Made by a program: the position numbers and the translations under genes. From NCBI GenBank assembly GCA_010093745.1, contig MU005978.1, positions 124,001-188,000 of the forward strand: a stretch of 64,000 bases of DNA, written 5' to 3'. This stretch comes from Piedraia hortae CBS 480.64 (taxonomy: Eukaryota). The notes below the pieces were generated by a model that had not been told where the DNA came from, did no database searches, and was given only the letters and a program-made list of their open reading frames with translations. Numbering within the stretch: position 1 is the first letter of the stretch; each line of letters begins with the position of its first letter. Below, piece by piece: positions 57,447 to 64,000 of this stretch.

Positions 57447-58383
57447 GGAGTGGTATGACGAGTATGATACCCAGCGAGTAGATCAATGAAGAGCGTTTTC
57501 GGTCGTTGTTTGTCCCAAGCGAAATGAGGTGAAGTCGTGACTTGAACTGTAATTGGTCCGGCTACTCCCGCCTGCGTCCCACCCAATCATCCGCAGTGTT
57601 GCCAGCCCTATCCACTATATATTTGGTAGACTGCCGACAGATTGTCGGAAGTTACAACAGGTAGTATTACGTGCGAGTTCGAATGCGCAGCTGGTCTAGT
57701 CGTGAACGCTCTGCAAATTTGCCACGCCATGGTAGAGGGAAGAAGCCAGGACTCTTTGCTCAACCCATTGGCACACTATTCACAAGCCGGGCTGCAATTT
57801 GGGTGATCAGTTTCAGCAATAACACTCCCACGAGGGCATGGAAGTGAGAAGCAAGAGCAGTTTATTTGTAGACTGATGGTAGGCCTGTCATGGTTTCCTG
57901 TATGCTAATATTCTGTATCAACCATTGCCGTGCCGATTTGTTTGGGAACTGTAGGAGTACATGGTTTTCGTCTACCTTTTAGTGTTGGCCATCTGTTGTT
58001 ATGTGCGAGATGATTGGGCGCTGGACCCTTAATGCATCCAATTCGGGAATGGCGCATGTGAGAGTGTGACGACGTGACAGACAGCGTGTGCTTGCAAGCC
58101 TTGCCTAGCCCTGGTCCAAATTCCTGTCGGCGTTTGGGTGTTGCGATTGCTCACTGATACCCTTTGTTTTCTTCTTTGTCCGAAAACATCCTGGTGGATA
58201 ATTACCAACCACGCCACGGCCTCAAGCCCAACTTTGTCACAGCGGATAGAGAGAGCCCCGATTGTGTGATCATTAGCACTGTTAGCCCTTTCGCCATCGC
58301 TTGTAGTTACATGTCTCTGTAGCTCGCGTGCATTGTGACCGCTAGAACGTGGCCGGCGTGTACCAAAAACTGGCCTCACAATC

Positions 58384-61300
58384 ATGACGGAAATTGTGGA
58401 AAAGATCAACCAACTAGAGGCTCTTGACAAAGATGTCCACTGGTTTTGTCCCCGTCACGGAGCCGAACAAGACTGCTACTTTGACGAAGACTGCTTAAAT
58501 GTAGACGAGACGGCGGAACAGAGAGAAGCAAGACATGCAAAATTGAAAGTGGTAGACAAGAGACGGAGCGATCTCGTAGAAGCCTGCAAGATATTTGCAT
58601 TTGATAGCGCTGAGGCTGCGGACTACGTCGAGCAATTAAAGGGATGCCTCAGCGTACAGCTCTCACGTTGCGATGTCTGCGTGCGTGAGTTTCATCGCTT
58701 TCGATCATTCCTACAAAACTCTCTCGAGGCCGAGTATGACGACGAGCAAGTACAAAACTTTATGGCGACGTTTGATCGGATGAATATCACCAGAATCAGC
58801 AATGGATTGGCCGCCATGGCCCAAGACTTAATCGACCTGCCGCCAGATCAGAGGACTCTGGCCGCGACGGGGAACACTGGCATGTTTTCACTATTTGAAG
58901 CATTGAATTGTGGTCCTTTTTTGACGAACGACGCTGCCTTGCAAACCCACTTTGACCAGCCTTTTAGGCTGGTGCAGACAAATAAGAAAGTCAAGCTTCC
59001 CAACTACGTGCCGGCGATCATAGCTTTCTTGTTCTCAGACACCGATTCGCGAAGAACATGGGCAGAACGCCAAATGGAACGCATGCAAAGGCCTTTTGCC
59101 CCTGCCGAATTTGAACACAGTGTCAAGCCTTACTTTGAAATGGCCGCCCGCCGTGTTAGCATCACTTTCCTTGAGTTGGGCTTCTTGGCCAGGTTCTGGA
59201 GAGCTGTGCGGATCATCGTCAGCAAGTTGACCAAGAATTTGATTTCCACTCATTTCCGTAGCATGGACGTCAACATCTACACCCTTGCAATGGAGCACTG
59301 GCAGATTGACTCTAGCCATTTCACAGACATGATCGCTACATATACCCACCTGCTCTGGCTGAACCCAACAGCCTTTTGGGTGGCTTTGGAAGGTATCAAC
59401 AGTCAGAGCGTGGCCGAAGGCATCTTTTGTAGTCCCGCACTCGCTCGGCTCATGGCCACACAAGACTCTTCTGAATTGGTGCATTTGAAGAAGAACCTTT
59501 CATGGGTATTGACTTTTATTGGTACTATCAAGCCCACAAACCTCGTACCGCCGTTGCGGGCTATCTTGGATCATCTCCTCGTCAAGTTCCAGACAAGCAT
59601 CTCTTCTCCAGAGGCAGCGCGTATGGCATGGCATGTTGGGCTAGAATGCCTCCGCAAGGCTCTGGACTCCATGCGTGTCCTTGGAGGCGGGCCTTGCATT
59701 GCCCATCTCATGGAGATTGTTGCGAAAGACTATATGCAACCGATGATAAAGACCCTGGTGGACATTGAGCGGAAAACCGATATGCAACTTCGCGACGACG
59801 AACAGCTCTGTCTCGATATCATTGAGAAGTCTCTTGCTCTTGATGTGCAGCATCTGACCAGTTGCAGGAACTCGTTGATTAAATCAAAACAACTGGAGGG
59901 CGAGCTTGGCACAGGCAGTCTCGATATCTGGCTACTGCCGATGCGTGCGATTAAGCCTGGACATCCTTTGCTACCGACGGCTATACTGGCTGGTGTAGCA
60001 GACCTGGTCACACTGGAAATGTTTACGAAGCGGCAAGTAGAAGCAGCGAGGAAGCCAACAGAGGCGTGGAATTCATCTCTAAGACGCATATTAGGCATTT
60101 TGCAGGACGAACTGTTCGGTCGTCTGGAAGCTTTTAGTCCAGAACAGCTTCATGAGTTGTTTCAAGAGCAGAAAGCTGCAAGAGGTTTGATGGCTCTGCT
60201 TTTCAATGGGGAGCAGAATGTTCACCAGGCGGCCCTGGGCGTATTTCGGTCGTTTTCTGGTGAGGATACCCGGCGCGATGTCATGATGTACCTCTTGAGA
60301 AATTCGTTTGAGACAATGCTCTCCGCTGTCACCGTAGTGGAGAGAGCGCTATCCAAAGTCGGCTCATTCTCACCGGCCCTCATCTTTCTCAAACTAGTCA
60401 CCGATATACTAGGCTGTCTGTGTGACACAGAAGACGGTGTTCTCAGGGCAAAATTCATCACTCAAGCACAGGATAACAAAGCCCTGGAAAGCTTCTGGAT
60501 GGCAACCTGGGCAAACATTGAGTCGGTTTTCAAAAAGACAGAGCCTTGGAGTAATCTTGGACATGACAAGCGTATGATGCAGGATTTCTGTCGCGATACC
60601 ATGCAGCTGGCAGATTTTGCGTTCAATCAGTACTCCGTCATTGAGAGCGCACTCGAAGCTCACAAAGCTGAGGGGAAGAATGCCAAAGCGGGCAAGGAGC
60701 TACTCAAAGCTCCTACGGATGCTTTCAACTGCATCATGAGCTGGCTGCGTCTTCGTGACGAATGGTTAGTCAACAAGGCCGTTGGGCTGACTTGTAAAAT
60801 GCTCAATCGGCTGCACGAGGTTGGCCTTGAAATCAACAGTAGCGCGGTCAAGTACATGGCAGATGTCTTGACCAGCGGGACCAAGTCGGTCAAGATTAAA
60901 ACTAAATTGACCGATGGTCATAAAGCTGAACTTCAACGTGCTTTAGAAAGACATCTCGGCCACACCAGAGCAATTGAAGCAGGTATCGTGGTACCGGAGC
61001 ATAAGCCCCAACATGTCTCTAAAAAGCCGGCAACAGTTGCAGAGTGGGCTAAAAGTGCAACGGGAACCAGACCATCAACACCGCAAGATGGCCTTATCAG
61101 TACCATGTCCAAAGGCACTGCAGGCTTCAAGGCTTTGCAAACGTCGAAAAAGCAGCCTATAGTCACTGCTCAGAAACAAGCAGCAGATACCAGTGCTTTC
61201 TTGCTTCGACGGAAGCAGGACAAGGAAGCTGCAGAGAAGCGCAGGCTAGAAATGCTTGCCAAATCCAAACTGAGTGAAACTGTGGGCACCGGTTTGGGCG

Positions 61301-64000
61301 ATCTGGGGAAAGATGATACTCGCAAAGGCGATAATGTCATGGTTTCGTCTGATGAGTCGAGTTCTGAAAGCGAAGATGAGAGTGATATTTCACATCATAA
61401 GAGACTTCTGGCCACCAAGTCGAAGGCGGGCAGAGGCCTCTTACTTGACATTGGATCCAAGCCAATTCCAATAGACGGGCCGACCAAGATTCGGCGTACA
61501 GTAAGGAGTGTCAAGGACATGCGTGCTCGTCTTGCCCCGGATCTGCAAAACCTCCACAAGACGATATTGCAGTGGGATTATTTCCACGATGGTGATTACC
61601 CACCAAGCTCTAATACCAACCTCTTCCAGCCAGTTTCAAATACGTACACAGACCCCACAAGTTATAGGCGTGCTTTTGAGCCGCTTCTCATCTTGGAGGC
61701 CTGGCAGGGTATGGTCAAACTGCGGGAAGAGAACAGCAGTAAGCCTTACGAGATCAAGATCACCAACCGCACGAGCGTAGACAACTACATTGAATTGGGC
61801 AGCGGTATAAGCATAGTTGAACATCGCGAACTCGGATTAAGTGAAGGGGACATCATCTTACTCTCCAAAGGGAAGAAACCCAATGAAGACCGTGATGCAC
61901 CACACTCTCTAGCCCGCATTGCAAAGATCAAGAGACAAAAGGGAAACATGGAAGTAGTATACCAACTTGCGCCTGGTACTCCACTTTCGCCTTTGTTGAC
62001 GATGCAGGCTACCATCAACGGCCTCAAGGTTCAGTCCATCACTCCGCTTGAGCGAGAATACGGAGCTCTTCAAGCCCTTCAATACTATGACATTTGCCAA
62101 CAAATCATCAAGGCGTCGCCCTCAAAGCGGTTTGAGATGAAAGAGAAGCAGGTATCAGCCTGTCAGGATGCATGGAACGTCAACAGGGCGCAATCAGAGG
62201 CTATAAATGCTGCCTTGCAGAATGAGGGTTTCTCGCTGATTCAAGGGCCTCCTGGGTCTGGAAAGACCAAAACAATTATCGCCATTGTGGGTGGGTTGCT
62301 GACCCGCGAGCTCGATAAGATGGATGGCAGTGGTCCGACTCCAGTACCGATATCTTTACCAGGCGGTGCCAAGCCGGCTGCAGGAGGCGAAACTGCAGCG
62401 AAGAAGCTTTTGATCTGCGCCCCTTCGAACGCTGCAGTGGATGAGCTGGTCATGCGCCTCAAGGACGGCGTCACGACGAGAAACGGCAAGCGTCATCAAA
62501 TCAATGTTGTCCGCATCGGCCGCAGTGAGGCTATCAATAGCAAGGTGCAGGACGTGACGATGGAAGAGTTGGTTGCCAAACGAACGGGCGGCAGCGATGA
62601 GGGCAGAGCCCTGCGAGCCAAAGCCGCTGAGGTGTTCAAGGAACACGAAAGACTGTCGACAGTGCTTCGTGAGTTTTATACAAAAAGAGACAGCGGAGAG
62701 TCGAAAGGAGATGAGATGGCTAAGCTGAACAACGAGATTGCTGCAGTTCGTCGACGGAAGAACGAACTTGGTGTGCAGATTGACAACTTTAAAGACCAAG
62801 AACGCAATGCGGGGCGGAATGAGGAAATTGAGAGGAAGCGAGCACAGCAAATGATTCTGAATGAGGCTCATGTGGTGTGTGCCACGCTCAGCGGCTCGGG
62901 ACATGACATGTTCCAGAGCGTCAACATTGAATTTGAGACGGTCATCATTGACGAGGCTGCTCAATGCGTGGAGATGAGTTCTCTGATTCCGCTCAAATAT
63001 GGCTGCGTCAAGTGCATCATGGTTGGAGATCCCAAGCAGCTGCCGCCCACTGTCTTCTCCAAAGAAGCTGCCAAATTCCAATACGAGCAGAGCTTGTTTG
63101 TGCGGATGCAGAATAATGCTCCCAAAGAGGTGCACTTGCTTGATACGCAGTATCGTATGCACCCAGACATCAGTCTTTTTCCCAGTCGTACCTTTTACGA
63201 TGGGTTGCTCAAGGATGGTGAGGGTATGGCTGAATTGAGAGTGCGACCATGGCACGCAAGCACCCTCTTCGCGCCGTACCGTTTCTTTGATGTACATGGT
63301 CAGCACAAGGCAGAGGCTAAAGGGCATTCGCTGGTCAACGTGGCGGAAGCAGAAGCGGCTATGGCGATTTTCAATCGCCTCACCACAGACTTCAGAGACT
63401 TTGACTTTACGGGCAAAGTGGGCATCATCACGCCATACAAGTCCCAGCTGCGATTGCTGAAGGAATCGTTTATCAGACGCTTTGGGAAAGAGGTCGTCGA
63501 TGTTGTCGAGTTCAACACGACAGATGCGTACCAGGGACGCGAGAGCGAGATTATCATGTTCTCATGTGTGCGTGCGTCGCCAGCTGGGGGTATTGGTTTC
63601 TTGCAGGACATTAGACGAATGAACGTCGGCCTAACGCGAGCAAAGTCTAGTCTGTGGGTGCTTGGCAACTCTGAAAGTTTAATGCGAGGACAGTACTGGC
63701 GAAAACTGGTTGAAGATGCACGGGCAAGGGATGCTCTTATAACGGGTAATATTATGGACATGCTGAAGAAGCCGTCGAGTGTTTTTCCGGCTACCAACGA
63801 TCGGACGATATCAATGTATGACATTGACTCGCACGTGGCACAGATGGGTACTACGACTGCACCGCCCGACAATGGAGTCCATCCTGAGAGCAAATCACCC
63901 AATCGCTCTTCACAATCACCTCCGCGGGAAGGCCCAAAGCGGATGACAGGCATACAGTACAAGTTTGAGGACCGCAAGAAGCGGCAGACAGAACCAGACA
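58384..64000 (+). CDS. SEN1: Sen1/senataxin SF1 RNA/DNA helicase, 3'-truncated by the window (absent from the ORF track because no stop is reached)
   Basis: MTEIVEKINQL...HWFCP start; DMRARLAPDL; in-frame LIQGPPGSGKT (about 62236), CAPSNAAVDE, IIDEAAQ, VGDPKQLPPT, QYRMHP, DAYQGRE, RRMNVGLTRA. Confidence 0.95.
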   Translation, partial: MTEIVEKINQLEALDKDVHWFCPRHGAEQDCYFDEDCLNVDETAEQREARHAKLKVVDKRRSDLVEACKIFAFDSAEAADYVEQLKGCLSVQLSRCDVCVREFHRFRSFLQNSLEAEYDDEQVQNFMATFDRMNITRISNGLAAMAQDLIDLPPDQRTLAATGNTGMFSLFEALNCGPFLTNDAALQTHFDQPFRLVQTNKKVKLPNYVPAIIAFLFSDTDSRRTWAERQMERMQRPFAPAEFEHSVKPYFEMAARRVSITFLELGFLARFWRAVRIIVSKLTKNLISTHFRSMDVNIYTLAMEHWQIDSSHFTDMIATYTHLLWLNPTAFWVALEGINSQSVAEGIFCSPALARLMATQDSSELVHLKKNLSWVLTFIGTIKPTNLVPPLRAILDHLLVKFQTSISSPEAARMAWHVGLECLRKALDSMRVLGGGPCIAHLMEIVAKDYMQPMIKTLVDIERKTDMQLRDDEQLCLDIIEKSLALDVQHLTSCRNSLIKSKQLEGELGTGSLDIWLLPMRAIKPGHPLLPTAILAGVADLVTLEMFTKRQVEAARKPTEAWNSSLRRILGILQDELFGRLEAFSPEQLHELFQEQKAARGLMALLFNGEQNVHQAALGVFRSFSGEDTRRDVMMYLLRNSFETMLSAVTVVERALSKVGSFSPALIFLKLVTDILGCLCDTEDGVLRAKFITQAQDNKALESFWMATWANIESVFKKTEPWSNLGHDKRMMQDFCRDTMQLADFAFNQYSVIESALEAHKAEGKNAKAGKELLKAPTDAFNCIMSWLRLRDEWLVNKAVGLTCKMLNRLHEVGLEINSSAVKYMADVLTSGTKSVKIKTKLTDGHKAELQRALERHLGHTRAIEAGIVVPEHKPQHVSKKPATVAEWAKSATGTRPSTPQDGLISTMSKGTAGFKALQTSKKQPIVTAQKQAADTSAFLLRRKQDKEAAEKRRLEMLAKSKLSETVGTGLGDLGKDDTRKGDNVMVSSDESSSESEDESDISHHKRLLATKSKAGRGLLLDIGSKPIPIDGPTKIRRTVRSVKDMRARLAPDLQNLHKTILQWDYFHDGDYPPSSNTNLFQPVSNTYTDPTSYRRAFEPLLILEAWQGMVKLREENSSKPYEIKITNRTSVDNYIELGSGISIVEHRELGLSEGDIILLSKGKKPNEDRDAPHSLARIAKIKRQKGNMEVVYQLAPGTPLSPLLTMQATINGLKVQSITPLEREYGALQALQYYDICQQIIKASPSKRFEMKEKQVSACQDAWNVNRAQSEAINAALQNEGFSLIQGPPGSGKTKTIIAIVGGLLTRELDKMDGSGPTPVPISLPGGAKPAAGGETAAKKLLICAPSNAAVDELVMRLKDGVTTRNGKRHQINVVRIGRSEAINSKVQDVTMEELVAKRTGGSDEGRALRAKAAEVFKEHERLSTVLREFYTKRDSGESKGDEMAKLNNEIAAVRRRKNELGVQIDNFKDQERNAGRNEEIERKRAQQMILNEAHVVCATLSGSGHDMFQSVNIEFETVIIDEAAQCVEMSSLIPLKYGCVKCIMVGDPKQLPPTVFSKEAAKFQYEQSLFVRMQNNAPKEVHLLDTQYRMHPDISLFPSRTFYDGLLKDGEGMAELRVRPWHASTLFAPYRFFDVHGQHKAEAKGHSLVNVAEAEAAMAIFNRLTTDFRDFDFTGKVGIITPYKSQLRLLKESFIRRFGKEVVDVVEFNTTDAYQGRESEIIMFSCVRASPAGGIGFLQDIRRMNVGLTRAKSSLWVLGNSESLMRGQYWRKLVEDARARDALITGNIMDMLKKPSSVFPATNDRTISMYDIDSHVAQMGTTTAPPDNGVHPESKSPNRSSQSPPREGPKRMTGIQYKFEDRKKRQTEPD

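Noticed and set aside
62356..63977. 323-aa and 225-aa - strand ORFs
   Set aside because: Antisense to the Sen1 helicase domain.
1..64000. tRNA, rRNA, CRISPR arrays, telomeric repeats, secondary-metabolite cluster
   Set aside because: None recognised by eye; small ncRNAs could have been missed without covariance-model searches.

Overview
Eukaryotic, filamentous-ascomycete (Pezizomycotina, probably Dothideomycete-like; inference) genomic DNA from an unusually compact genome: introns mostly 42-56 nt, many intergenic gaps under 200 nt, one of 0 nt. Two gene-dense housekeeping blocks (about 4.2-20.0 kb and 33.7-64 kb) hold about 26 genes: DnaJ protein, histidine acid phosphatase, NT-C2 protein, TMEM205-like, Ku80, bZIP, Stm1, fatty-acid-desaturase-like, dynactin p62, C2H2 protein, DNAJC7, Clu1, mitochondrial-type AAA ATPase, ADP/ATP carrier, glutathione synthetase, Nrm1/Whi5-like, AtrR-like Zn2Cys6 factor, HUT1, two secreted orphans, an alpha/beta hydrolase, Trs20 and a 3'-truncated Sen1. 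Two decayed zones (1-4.1 kb and about 20.2-33.6 kb) contain relics of hAT-like, Tc1/mariner and copia elements, pseudogenes (metallophosphoesterase, ASH1-like SET fragment) and a tandem duplicated orphan gene. The most striking unexplained signal is a repeated, orientation-independent C-rich to G-rich strand-composition inversion centred inside many genes (mainly 33-55 kb). No tRNA, rRNA, CRISPR array or biosynthetic gene cluster was recognised. Family calls are from motif recognition by eye, not database searches. I did not find a clearly new multi-gene system.
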